A DNA stretch of 64,000 nucleotides. Source: Eledone cirrhosa (Eukaryota). The translations under genes and the position numbers were made by a program. The stretch spans positions 348,502,001-348,566,000 of the forward strand of contig OZ024743.1 in NCBI GenBank assembly GCA_964016885.1. The letters run 5' to 3'. The notes under the pieces are model-generated. The model did no database searches and was not told where the DNA came from. It worked only from the letters and a program-made list of their open reading frames with translations. This document shows, in pieces, positions 41,682 through 55,657 of this stretch; the stretch's first letter is position 1; each line of letters starts with the position of its first letter.

Positions 41682-41725
41682 ACCGTCCTGAAGAAGTCCA
41701 GTCAAGCCTGAAATGCATAGACGGT
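41682..41725 (+). ncRNA. Minimal type I hammerhead ribozyme
   Basis: accgtc CTGAAGA agtc cagtcaa gcct GAAA tgca TA gacggt; 6-bp stem I, palindromic atgcat stem III, one mismatch in stem II. Confidence 0.75.
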
Positions 41726-41879
41726 TTTCCCCCTTGGTTCTGCTGGACACCACCAGAGGGCGTTAACTCCGGTGTTTACATAGCTACGGCTTCCTGAAAC
41801 CATGTTTCTTTAGAAATACATTTCTATACATATTTGTATAAAGCTATGCTTAAAGCGCAATCTTATTCCTTATATACAT

Positions 41880-42023
<144 letters not shown>

Positions 42024-42978
42024 CAACAACAACAACAACAACAACAACACAAATATATACAGCAAGACTACGGTCGACTCTGATGAATTATCTGTATTAC
42101 AACTGCCACCTAAGTATGCCACATTTAATAAGGTAAATATGATTAAATGCTTGTCAGAAATAGAAAAATCATTTACAAAATTACGTTGGAGCCTCAAAAA
42201 CAAAAACAAAAACAAAAACAAAAACAAAAGTAACAACATGCGCACGCACACACACATATACAACACACATCCCAACAACAACAGACATACAGACACAAAC
42301 AACAATAACAACAACACACACATCAACAATAATAACATACTCAGAAGCAACAACAACAGACACGCAGACACAAACATCAGTAACAACACACACAACAATA
42401 ATAACATACACGGACACAATAACAACAACACACATCAACAACAGCACACATCACCAACAACAACAATAACAACACACACACATTCAATGCCTCTTACCAC
42501 CACCACAATCTTAACAAACACACAGACATAGAAAACAGGTAATGACAGTAGCACAGAAATAAGGGAAGGTAATAGGATTGAAAGGAGAAGGGAGACTATG
42601 GACAGAGAAAGTAACCAAGACGAACACACAGACACAGAAAATAGAGTAGATAATAACAATGAGCCAGAGGAAAGAGACAGGAGTAATAATGAGAGACATA
42701 GAAACAACCATGAGGTTGTTGGTTGAAATAGAATTAGAAACAACACAACTAACAATAACAAGAGCACTAGTACACATAAAGCAGCAGCCTGGAACTCTAC
42801 TTTTTATAATCCCTCCGATAAGTCGTTCGACCTGCGACGAGTCCACGCCACGACTATAGCTTTTAACAAACGCAAGCAATTGCCGTCGCAGGTCGATGAA
42901 CAGACAGAAGCACAATTTAGTATAGCATGATCTAAACTTAGAAATATTATAGAATAGTATAGCAAGAAGCATAATAGA

Positions 42979-44538
42979 ATGGAGGCCCAGCAACTGGGAG
43001 AAAAATCTGCAAATGGCTTGCGTAAGCTCATGCAGCGATCGCGTAATGGAGAGATAGCATGCTTTCCAACAGACAAGTCTGGCAGAATGTCGGTTGACAG
43101 TCTGCCAAACTATAACCAGGCAATGCAACCGCACATCACTAACACAAGAGAAGTAACACCACAAGTGCATGAGTATAGAGACAAAGCCCTCAATGCCCAT
43201 ATGATGATGTGGACAAATATAATGCAGCCCAACAAAAGGACTGCCAACAACCTCCAGGCCTGGAACAATGACGTGCCAGCGTTGTATGGGCTTCGAAAAG
43301 ACCATAAAACGAGCAGTGACCCTGTCACAGGACCACCAACACGGCCAGTCTGTGGAGCTAACATTGCTAGTAACTACAGACTGTCCCCTTTCCTCTCCCT
43401 GATCATACGCCCCATCATTGAAATGTCCCCAGATGTATGTGACAGCACGGAGGACCTCCTCAGCAGAATTGGTGAGAGTAAGCGATCTAGGGACCTAACA
43501 AACTGCATAATAGGTAGTATGGATGTTATATCCCTGTATCCATCTATTGACGTGGATTTTGCTGTGGAGAAATGCGTAGAAATGATCAGTGAGAGCAATG
43601 TTGAATTCCGTGGGATTGATACCAGTGAGCTGGGACTCCTACTTAAACTTACCTATAGTAATACTTATCTAGACACATATGACCTTAACAACCTGTGCCC
43701 TACAAGACCAGCAAGAGGCAGACCATCTACCATTACCTCAATGGCCAAGAAAACCCACACAGATAGATGGAACGGGTGGACCAGAGCCATAAGGACCCCC
43801 GAAAACCACGATGAACTAAAGAAAATGACTGCATATGCGGTGGGGGCCAGCATAAAATTAACCCTTAAGGAACATATGTTCAAATTTATTGAAAAAGATA
43901 TGCCCAAGAAGAGGGAGCAGCCATTGGTGTTAGCATTGCAGGAGACATAGCTAACCTATTCATGGTATGGTGGGACAGTGGACTTAAACTTAAACTTAAA
44001 GATCAATTAGAAGACCCCTTAAGCCTGATAATGTACTCCCGCTACATTGATGATATAAACATCGTAGTTAAAACACCCCCACTAGAGAACAGTCAGGAAT
44101 TAGAGAAAAACACAATGGAAAGCATCCAGCAAATAGCTAACTCCATCCACCAGAGTATTAGAGTTACTATAGACTACCCAAGCAAGCACCCCAACCATCG
44201 ATTACCTGCACTAGACACATATCTCTGATTATATACCATTAATAACAAAAAAACAAATCCTCCATTCCCATTAAGCCAAACCCATGACTTCCAAATATCT
44301 GATCCACCGAAACTCAGCTGTTTCGGACCATACCAAAATCAACATTAAGATTGCGGATTTGGTACGGGTGATGAGAAACGTGTCCCGCATGTGCAACCCC
44401 GAAGAACTAGAGAGACACATACAGCACTTCATCCACTGTATGCAGTTCTCTGGTTACAATCAGAGAGATAAAATCAGAATGTATAGAGGAGCCAGAACCA
44501 ATTGGGAAAAAATGGTAAATAATGACACCCGGATGTAA
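42979..44538 (+). pseudogene. PLE reverse transcriptase, three broken frames
   Basis: ORFs 42979-43950, 43962-44228 and 44284-44538 are colinear with the 27212-27912 RT. Confidence 0.9.
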
Positions 44539-44634
44539 CATATGCGCAAACTAAGCACACAACACACACACAAAAACAAGATGGCGTAGGACAGAACAAA
44601 GGACAGGCACAACAAACAAAGAAAAGAATCCCCA

Positions 44635-44677
44635 GTCACTGAAGAGGTCACAGAATGTGTGACTAAAGAACTTTGAC
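44635..44677 (+). ncRNA. Minimal hammerhead in the PLE 3' UTR, G12 mutated
   Basis: gtca CTGAAGA g gtcaca gaatg tgtgac tAAA gaac TT tgac. Confidence 0.65.
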
Positions 44678-44832
44678 AATATATAAACAACCATCTGGTT
44701 GTGGAACCAACCAACCAACCGGAAATTTATAAATTCCTAAATTTATAAATTTATTATAATAAATTGAAGTGAATCAACTGGTGCGTGTGTTTCTTATTGG
44801 CAACATGACCCTTCTAATCTAAAGTATAACAG

Positions 44833-44884
<52 letters not shown>

Positions 44885-46148
44885 TAAATATGCGTATAAT
44901 GTATGTATCTATGTATGTATGAATGTATGTTTGTTTCTATGAATGGGTATGCATATACATTTATTTACACTATATCATCACTAATTCTAGCTGTCAGCAG
45001 TATCCTATTTTGATTTCTATTATTTACCTAGGGAATTGTTCGACTGTTTTGTTTAATTGTTTTGGGTTTTTTTTTATTGTTCATTCCTTCTGTAAGTTTT
45101 CAAATATTTTCTTCGAAATCAAATATTGAGCATGGGCCACTTAAATACTACCGTGGGATTCCATGGGCCCTCATGGTAACAGGCAAGCTCACAACAAGGC
45201 CAGTACGCCCACTGGTTACTTGCCATGCTGATGCTAATATGTTGATGGTTAGTTTATAGTTTCATTCCCAGCCTTTTCCCCTATAAATGATTGATTTGGT
45301 TCCTTTTGCATCCCATTTTTCAGGGTATATCGAGACACGGATTTCTCAGCAGAAACGAATTTCAATAGAATTTTTCTTGTGAGAGACAAGGCATTAAGTG
45401 TGTCCCCGGCAATAAAGAAACGCCAAAGATGACGAATGATGGTGTTTTATTCTCCTGACAACGTTTTTAGAAAAATACATTTGAAAAAAATTAGAAATTC
45501 CATATACAGATGTAATTATATATCCCATTGTGGGCATTAACTTAAGTATTGAAGTTTTAATTCTTTTCATGTTTGTGTCTTCAGAGAAGGTAGAGTGGGT
45601 TTGAGGGATCAATATCCGTGAAATGACACCCAACAGATACATGATCCAGAATGAACCGCATACAGGCATAACAAACCTTTCAAATAAACAGTAAAATAAC
45701 TGTATAGTAGTGCTACGCTGTTAATCATATATTACGCAATAGTTGCGATATAAGCATACAATTTTCAGATATTGCTTCCTTAAACATTTGTTTATTGATT
45801 CATATTGCTTTGTCCCACCACATTACACGCCTTATTAAATTTATTTAAATGAAGTTAGATTCATAAACAATTTTACGAATTATACCAACCATGAGAATAT
45901 TTGTCTTATCATGGTGATTGTCTAATTATACTGAGGTTCTGACGTTATTGGCGTAACTACATTTATCCGAATATTTACCATTAAGTCCACCTCGATGGTT
46001 GAATACATTGCAGTTCTGTGTCTTTCGATTGTATTTTTATTCAACAAGAACAAATTAAGTTTTCCCCTTCAAAAAGTTTGTTTTCGTTTTGCCTTGTTTT
46101 TGCTTGTTGCTTTTTGTTTGTTATTTTTTCTAAGTTCATTATTACTTA

Positions 46149-46328
46149 GCGGTGGATTGTCAGTGTTGGTAGAGGGTCGGACACCATGCTTTGACGTATA
46201 GAGTTACGGCCTTGTCATTCTGAGTTCAAATCCCGCCAAGGTTAACTTTGCCTTTCATCCTTACGGTGTCGATAAAATAAAGTACCAGTAATGAACTGGT
46301 TAATGTGCCTGACGTAGAAACAATTATT
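46149..46328 (+). mobile_element. SINE family A
   Basis: Matches 20901-21092. Confidence 0.85.
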
Positions 46329-46960
46329 ACTTAGCAAAGTTTAAATGGTTTACTTTTTTTAACACGATGTCTTACTTTCTACTACTCATTTTTCCTTACT
46401 TTGCGGCTTTTTTTTCTATACTTTTGTTTTTCTCGTGAGATTTTCTTTACCATAAACAGCACTATACCTCTTTCCAGTGGCCACATGAAATTCTATGTGT
46501 ACATGATATAGCTTAATTGATATAATTTATACTTTTATCTCGTCTCTTCCTCTACGGAGAGCGCTTTGGCTCCCGGGTAAACAAGCAGTACCATCGGGAG
46601 GGTCGAAACAGCCAGTAGTCCATCTTGAAGTTCCTTGGAGTTCTGTCTTTAGTTTCTATTTTTCATTTCGAAACATTGTGTTCGTTTTGTCTTGTTTTCG
46701 TCCGTTGCCTTTTCTTTTGTTAATCTTCTTAATTCTTTTTTTTCTTATATTTAGTGGGTTGTGTAAATTTTTGTAGTACGTGTGTTTTTTAGGGCAAGGT
46801 TAGAAGAATAAGCTGTAACAGTTGAGAGGAGATGCTAGAATATCATGAAATCGTTCAATAGATAGTATTTTAGAGATAAGGCCAAACAAATTCCAAGTTT
46901 TATTGATAGTACTGTCAGTGTACAGCATGTTCATTTCTAGCTGGCAAGCTCTCGTCTCTC

Positions 46961-46991
<31 letters not shown>

Positions 46992-47026
46992 CACTCTCTC
47001 TCTCTCTCCCTACCTCTCTTTCTCTC

Positions 47027-47787
<761 letters not shown>

Positions 47788-49123
47788 TAATATATATACA
47801 TATATATATACATACATATGCATATATATACATATATATATACATATATATATACATACATATGCATATATATACATATATATATACATATATATATACA
47901 TACATATACATACATATATATATATATATATATACATATATACATATATATATATACATATATATATATATACATATATATATACATATATATATACATA
48001 TATATATATACATACATATACATACATATATATATACATATATATATACATATATATATATACATACATATACATACATATATATATACATGCATATACA
48101 TATATATATACATGCATATATACATACATATATACATCGATACACCCATCCGTCCATCAATCCATTAATCCATACATATGTGCATACATATCATTAAGTT
48201 CGTTGGCAGTTTTTTAAAGCATTGTGATGATATAATAATTTTAGATATTTGGAAGGCTGACTTCAACTAAGGCTTATAGATTTTCAAACTTCGACCGTTA
48301 ACCATCGCTAAAAAGCTCCTGTTGTAAAAGAGATACTATATTCATTGCATATTTATACAAGTTATTATTTATTAATATTGATTAATATTTATAGAGCAGC
48401 ATGGCCTTCTTAACTACTATATATGCATTTACTAACACAATCTACACTTCAGACAGTAAATAAGTTAATAGATTATAGGTATCCATATTCATGTTTATAA
48501 ATATATTCCGTCGAGTGCTCTTCCATGCATACTGAAATATCGGTGATAACTAATACATACTTTAATATATATATATATATATTGTCAGCATTTTCTATTC
48601 CGTTTACCAATATATATATATAAATGAGCTGAATTTTGTAATCCCATACAAACGGCTGTTATTTCTAGCACTATGTGTGGGACGTTAGAGGACTGGAATA
48701 AGCCGTGTGCAAAACCTCGTGTATTTTCGCTACGCTAACCAGACCTTAGATATTTTTCTATGGTTGAGTTATTTTATTTTTATCTGGGTGCCTATTGATA
48801 AACACAGAAAAAGTTGATTAACTCACTGCTAATTAGTTAATTATTTTACTATTATACCATCCTTTGTGAAACATGTTTGAAGTTTGAAGTTCTGACCGAT
48901 CTGCGGAAAAAGTTTGTATTTTGAATTTTAAACGTGTCTAGGTACCAAGGCTTTTTGCCCATATGAGTCTGTGAGTATTGATTTATTATTTTCTATATCG
49001 TACAGGCAGACCTTATGTTGTTGAATTAAGATTTTTCACTCTAGCGATCTTATTAGTCAATTGCAACTATAACATGTAAATGTTCATCAAATTTTAATTT
49101 ATATATATATATATAGAGAGAGA

Positions 49124-49993
49124 GAAATTTGGGACTTGACTTCTTCTTCCTCACTTTTCGTTGCTCACCATTTTTGTTGTTTACACTCGTGTCCCCTTTA
49201 TTTACGTGTACCAACGACTTTTTTTATCCGTTGCCGCACCAACCGGAGGTATATGGTCTTTAAAGCGATGAAATACCAATGATGGTTGGAAGATCACTGA
49301 TGAAGGACTAACTTTATTCATATATAACCCATTAGCAACGCCGCAGCACGTTTATTTTCATATTTACACATATTTTTTCCCCGCTGTTACACGTCTATTT
49401 CCTTCTTACTGCTTCCTCTTTCTCTTTATTTTTACCCTCTCTAGCAGTCATTCTCTCTGTTAGCCTCTTCCTCACCCTTCACTCACTCATTTTCTGTTAC
49501 TACCTATCCTCCTCCTCCTCCTTCTTCCTGTTTGACCTGTACGTAATTCTTTTCTTTCGCACTCTTGGTCTAGCAGGTCGTTCTTTTTCTCTCTCTCGTC
49601 TACGATTTCACAGAACTCACGTTCACCGAAATCACAGACTAGATCAATTCTTCCTCCCGTTAGACCTGTACGGAATTCCTTCCTTGCTTACATTCGAACC
49701 AGGTTTGATGGTCTTTATTCTCTCGCGTTCACGATTTCACCGAATTTAAATTCATAGAAAATTGGGACTTGACTTCCTCTTCCTCACTTTTCGTTGCTCA
49801 CCATTTTTGTTGTTTACACTCGTGTCCCCTTTATTTACGTGTCCCAACGACGTTTTTTAGCCGTTGCTCGCACCAACCGGAGGTATATGGTCTTTAAAGC
49901 GATGAAATACCAATGATGGTTGGAAGATCACTGATGAAGGACTAACTTTATTCATATGTAACCCATTAGCAACGCCGCAGCACGTTTATTTTC

Positions 49994-49997
<4 letters not shown>
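49124..49997. mobile_element. Non-coding element with ~240-bp direct terminal repeats
   Basis: 49124-49363 closely matches 49757-49997; pyrimidine-rich ~390-bp interior; TA/GA microsatellite flanks. Confidence 0.8.
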
Positions 49998-50060
<63 letters not shown>

Positions 50061-50074
50061 TATTCATATATACG

Positions 50075-50106
<32 letters not shown>

Positions 50107-50164
50107 CGCGTGTAGATACATCAAACACAAACACACACAGACACACATATATATATATATATAT

Positions 50165-51988
50165 TAATTAAAATAACAGATTAAAGTTTAAGCAAAGGAT
50201 CGCTGCTTTCACCCTTAACGGGATCTTCTGAAACTACAAAAAAAAAAACAATCCGTGAAAGCAGAAGTAAATTTTTCGAAAAACGTTGCAGCCGAAGAAT
50301 GACAGGAAGACGATACTTTGGTTCGTGGAAACGTTCCCTCAGCAAGACGTAAATTATCCGCGTATAGTTCGTACTATCCGTTAGGGTATAAAGTGGATCT
50401 GTAATACAGGAAAGTTTTGTGCAATTTATGTTTACAAGCCGAAATTACCTCAGATTTTTTGTTTAAGATGTGGTCATTGGCGTAGAGTATGTTCAGAACT
50501 TCGGCGACGCAGAGGTCACATGGTCTTTTATTTCCTTTATACGATCTAGCTTTTAGCTAGGATCACCCAGTGTAACGTATATTGGGTGTGGTTGTCTTTT
50601 AGACTCCAGATATAAACTGAAAGTGACGTCATATTCATTCTCAAACGGTTAAGAAAAGAATGGGTATGCATGTAAATACGCTGCTTGAATCTATTGGCGG
50701 TTAACCCTATGTAGGCCCTACGGGAGCTGGGTGTCACAACCTTACATTTGTAGACAATGGTACTAGAGAGGCATTTCCCGGATACAGGGCAGTCAACCTG
50801 ATTCCTACAATTACAGTTAGTACTAGCTACAGGGATGCACGTGTTCCTACGACAGGGTAATTTAGACAGTTTTGAAGCAGTGATGTTATGTGCAAGGTTA
50901 GAAGTCGTAGAGTAAGACATTTTCAGGGTATTTCTATTAAAAATGTTATTATATTTATGTGCTGGGGGAAATGCTTCATAATAAGGGAGAGAAAGATCTT
51001 AGCTAAAGGTGTGGCCACATCCATATTATATGGTGGGTTATACCATATAATGCGTCGGGATCTATTTTTCCTAGGTCTATGCTCATACTTGGTGTATGCT
51101 ACCTTATCGACTAATCCACTCCGAGCAAGAGCTTCCTTGTAATATGAGGAATGGTCGGTGAAAATATACTCATTTGTAGATAGACGGGAAAGCCTTCTTG
51201 TAGATAGACAGGAAATGTTCTTAGTTATGCTGGCAGGATGGTTAGAATACTTGCTTATGTAATTAAGCGTATCATTCCGCTTTCTATATGGGTAGTGCAA
51301 ACGATTCGACAATTGAGCGTAACGTCGAGGTAATTAACGACCGAGAGGTTGGTATCCCCCTGTTTGGAGAGATTGAAGACTTTAAAGAAGGCTGTGAGTT
51401 CTTTTCTGAACCTGTCGCAAGCCCCTGGGCTTCCCTTTGTCATGGTCAAAAGACCGTCATCATGGTACAAACCATCGCCGACGTTGGGGAATTCTTCCTT
51501 GATAGAGAAAGAAGGAAAAGGCCGATAAGATCAGTAACCTCCACAGAATCGCCGACGCCCATACACACATCAAATGGGGTACTATTAGATTGTTTAATCC
51601 AAATAGGCTTATCGAAATTAATCACCGACTTACGGGCATTGAGGATGTTATGAACTTCGAAATCCTTAACCACCGTGAGCGTTTTAGCGAAATTGATAGC
51701 TCTAAGTACGAACTATGCGCGGATAGTTTTCGTCGTGACGTGGGAACGTTTCCACGAACCGAAGTATTGTCTTCCTGTCTTCCTTTGATTGCAACGTTTT
51801 TCGAAATATTTACTTCTGCGTTCACATATTGATTTTTGTCGTTTCAGAAGATCGCGTTAAGGGTGAAAGCAGCGATTCTTTGCTTTAATTTTAATCTGTT
51901 ATTTTAATAAATATTTGCTCTACGGTTCTTATATATTTGATATATATTTATCCTTATCGAGCCTTCTTTGGATTTTAGTCTTCAAATC
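50165..51988 (-). mobile_element. 5'-truncated Naiad-type Penelope-like element with inverted pLTR
   Basis: PFDVCMG, YHDDGL, VNYLDVTL, SNHP, IIWYNPPY, CNCRNQVDCPVSGKC, IVYKC..AYIGLT..FKQR, CDLC; 51705-51915 is the reverse complement of 50165-50375. Confidence 0.92.
50185..50235 (-). ncRNA. Hammerhead-like motif with CAGAAGA core
   Basis: agttt CAGAAGA t ccc gttaa ggg t GAAA gca...tgc TT aaact; also at 1968-2018, 15843-15893 and 51840-51890. Confidence 0.6.
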
Positions 51989-52002
51989 TATTATTATTAT
52001 TA

Positions 52003-52800
52003 TTCCTTGAATCTCAGTCATTGATGTTGGTTAACTGGAAAGTCCGTTGGAATGAATAACAAGCCACTACCTGCAGCCTCAGATATTCAGGACGTATCGG
52101 AGGGTTCTTGCTGTTCCCAGCAAGCATGCCTTTTGAAGCGTTCCAAAAAGCGTGAAGGGGCCGATTTTCTTTAACCATCTCTGGAAACTTTTGGAGAAAG
52201 TCCCCAGTGCGCCTATGGCAATCGGGATCACTTTGACTTCATGGCAGTTCCAAATCCTTTTTAGCTCCCACTTTAAGTCCTGGTATCGGTTAATTTTCTC
52301 CCTCTCCTTCTCTTGCACTCTCGTGTCGAATGGGCAGGCCACATCCACAATTAGACACGCTCTTTTTTCTTTGTCCACAACTACCAGGTCAGGTCTATTG
52401 TGTTCCAGTTTCTTGTCCGTCTGTATCCTAAAATCCCACAGCACCTTCACCTGATCGTTCTCCATCACCGCCTCTGGCCTATGCTCATACCATTTCTCAG
52501 AATGTGGTAAATTGTTTACTTTGCACAGGTGACAGTGGATCACCCTGCCCATCACATCATGTCTCCAGCCCTTATAGTGGGTCTGGGCTAGGTGTTTACA
52601 CTCGCATACAATGTGAGCCACAGTCTCCTCTCTCTCTCCACAAATCCTGCACAGTGTGCTAGCCTCCTCCTTGTAAATATGGTGTTTCAACCACTTCGTT
52701 TTGAGGGCCTGCTCTTGCGCAGCCATTAACATTCCTTCTGTAGCGTTTTTGAGGTCTCCTCTTCTCAACCAGTTCCATGTCTGTGGATCTCTAAATTCAG
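52003..52800 (-). mobile_element. 3' fragment of an R4/Dong-type LINE with (TAA)n tail
   Basis: ORF 52079-52768: CRICGEREETVAHIVCEC, RHD, RPDLVVVD, VDVACP, KINRY. Confidence 0.92.
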
Positions 52801-52825
52801 TTTTCTTCTTCTTCTTCTTTTTCTT

Positions 52826-52948
<123 letters not shown>

Positions 52949-52959
52949 GTTATTGTTAT

Positions 52960-53025
52960 TCCTTGAATCTCAGTCATTGATGTTGGTTAACTGGAAAGTC
53001 CGTTGGATTGAATATCAAGCCACTA

Positions 53026-53027
<2 letters not shown>
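52960..53027 (-). mobile_element. 68-bp 3'-terminal stub of the same R4-type family
   Basis: Near-identical to 52003-52070; (TAA)n on both sides. Confidence 0.9.
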
Positions 53028-53067
<40 letters not shown>

Positions 53068-53068
<1 letters not shown>

Positions 53069-55657
53069 TGCATTTATCTTGCTTTATGTTTATACGAGTT
53101 ATCACCAAGTCACAACCAGTGACCTCAAGAGACAACAAGGTCCGCCATGTTCAAGAAAGAACACACATATTCACACATGCATCCTTAGTGTTTAGACTTG
53201 TGATGTACTTATATTGACAGGATCTTCCTTAGTATATGGGCAGTTCCCATTAGTACTATCTTTTGTATTTCTCCTATACGCGGGTTTCCTGGGATGTGCG
53301 ATAAGTAGTCCTTAGACCCCTTAGGTATCATTCCCAGAACGCCTACAACCACTGGTATTGTTTTAGTTCTCAATTTCCACATTTTTCCAATTTCTATCTC
53401 CAGGTCCTTATACTTGCTCAATTTTTCAAATGTTTTTATAGATACATTCTTGTCTATTGGAACAGACATATCAATTAGCAGGCATACCCTCCTTTGAAAG
53501 TCCTTCAATATTATATCAGGTCTATTTGCATCTATTTTTCGGTCTGTTTGGATGCTAAAGTTCCACAAGATTGAGATGTGATCTTTTTCAAGTATGGGAG
53601 GTGGTTGATGCTCCCACCAATTCTTTTGATGGGGCAGGTCAAAATGCTTACACATTATCCAATGTATGTATTGTGCAGCTCTGTCATGCCTGTTTAGGTA
53701 TTCGGTTGGAGCTATAGGACTGCACATTGAAATTATATGGTCAATGGTCTCTGGTTGTTTTTTGCATACACGGCATAATGGGCTGCACCCATTTTTTATT
53801 ATGTTGGCTTGGTAATTTTTTGTTGGCAGACACTGATCTTGTGCGGATATAATCAGTCCTTCAGTCTCCGATTTCAGTCCAGAGGATGCCAACCACTGAT
53901 GGGTTAAAGTTTTGTCAACATCAGGATTGTTAGCTCGCTCTGGGTATTTTCCATACAGAGGCTTTTCTTGCCATTTCTTAGCCAGTTTCTGTAGCAGTTC
54001 TTTCTTTGCAGTTACTTTTACCTGCTTTGCTTTTTCTGTGTTTTCCATTTCAGCAGTAAATGGGACTTCTGAAATTTGTAGTCCATTACTGTATCTTTGT
54101 GCATCTTTTGTAATGGAATATGATCTTTTGGTGCTTTCGTGTTTCAAAACGAGTTTGATCATCCAATCATGTGATTCCCTTAGATATGTGGATAATCCAA
54201 TTGTTGCAGTTTTCAACGCAATGTCTAACTGGATTAACCCACGTCCTCCTTCTTTCCTAGGGAGATATATTCTATCTATGTCTGCCTTAGGGTGATGCAT
54301 TCCGTGCATGGTTAAGAATTTTCGGATTTTTGTATCGAGCCTACGGATCTCTGTGCTTGACCAGTTGATGACATTGTAACTGTAGGTTACTACTGGTATG
54401 GCAAGCGTGTTTATGGCATCGATCCTATTCCTTGCATTCAATTCCGTTCTTAAGTTTGCTCTGACTCTGCGGTAACATTCCTTCCTTATCCTTTCCCTTA
54501 TTGTCGAGTGCTTGATTCCGTCTCCTTCACAAACACCTAGATATTTGTAAGTTTGTTCTTGATCAAGCTCTCTTATCACGTTCCTCCGATCAAGATTAAT
54601 GTCTGAACTCTTCAGCAGCTTTCCTCTGGTGAACGTTGCTTTGGTGCATTTATCCAGTCCAAACTCCATTTTAATGTCATCACTGAACTGCTTCACAGTG
54701 GATAATAGCCCTTGCAATTGTTCATCATTTTTTGCAAATAGTTTCAGGTCATCCATGTAGAACAGGTGATTAATGGTTTTGTCATAGACTCTATATCCAT
54801 GTTTTGTTTCATTGAGCATTTTACTTAATGGTATAAGTGCGATGCAGAATAAAAGCGGTGATAAAGAGTCACCCTGAAAAATTCCACAATTAATGTTAAC
54901 TTCTCCAGCTTCCAGTGATTTTGTTTCACTATTCAAAAGGAGTGTCGTTCTCCATGTCCTCATACTGAATGACAAAAACCTCCTGACAACGGGGGATATT
55001 TTGAAAATCGCTAAACATTTTTCAATCCAACTGTGTGGCAAACTATCAAATGCTTTTTTATAATCTATCCAAGCAATCGATAGATTTTTGTGTCTATTAT
55101 GACAATCTTCCAGTATCATTTTGTTAACCAGAAGCTGATCCTTACAGCCATATGAGCCTCGTTTACACCCTTTCTGCTCAATGGGAAATAGGTCATTTGT
55201 TATCAGGTGGTCATATGTGTATTCAGTTAGGACTGATGTTAAAATTTTATACATTGTGGTCAAGCAGGTTATCGGTCTGTAATTTTTGGGATTGTTTGTC
55301 TCATCATTCTTCGGTAGCAGGAATGTAATGCCGTTAACTAGCCATGATGGTATCTTTTCTGGCTCCTTAACTATTTCATTGTAAAGTTGGGCTAGCAGCT
55401 CATGAGACTCTGTGAAGGCATTTATCCAAAAGTTTTGTATTTTGTCTTTTCCTGGGGATTTCCATTTGCTGGTTTTTCTTAGAGCCAAGCGCAGCTGTTC
55501 AACTGTTATATTTTCCCATGTTTGTTCTTCAAGGTGAGCTGTTTCTTTCATTTGTCTGTCTATCCATGGGGCATGTATGTTATGAACTTTTTCTTCGGCC
55601 CAGATCTTTTCCCAGAATTCTTGCACTTCCTCCTTGGGTGGTATTGATTTATTATTG

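Larger units (their letters stand above)
42050..44835 (+). mobile_element. Penelope-like element related to the 26-28 kb copy; RT present, GIY-YIG deleted
   Basis: PTDKSGR, LYGLRKDHK, RPVCGA, GSMDVISLYPSI, YSRYIDDI; frameshifts; 3' tail homologous to 27912-27988; 5' boundary approximate. Confidence 0.88.

Noticed and set aside
50400-51700. Selenocysteine recoding in the Naiad-type element (known for some Naiads)
   Set aside because: The conserved Cys positions I could read are TGT/TGC, and the breaks look like ordinary frameshifts and stops.
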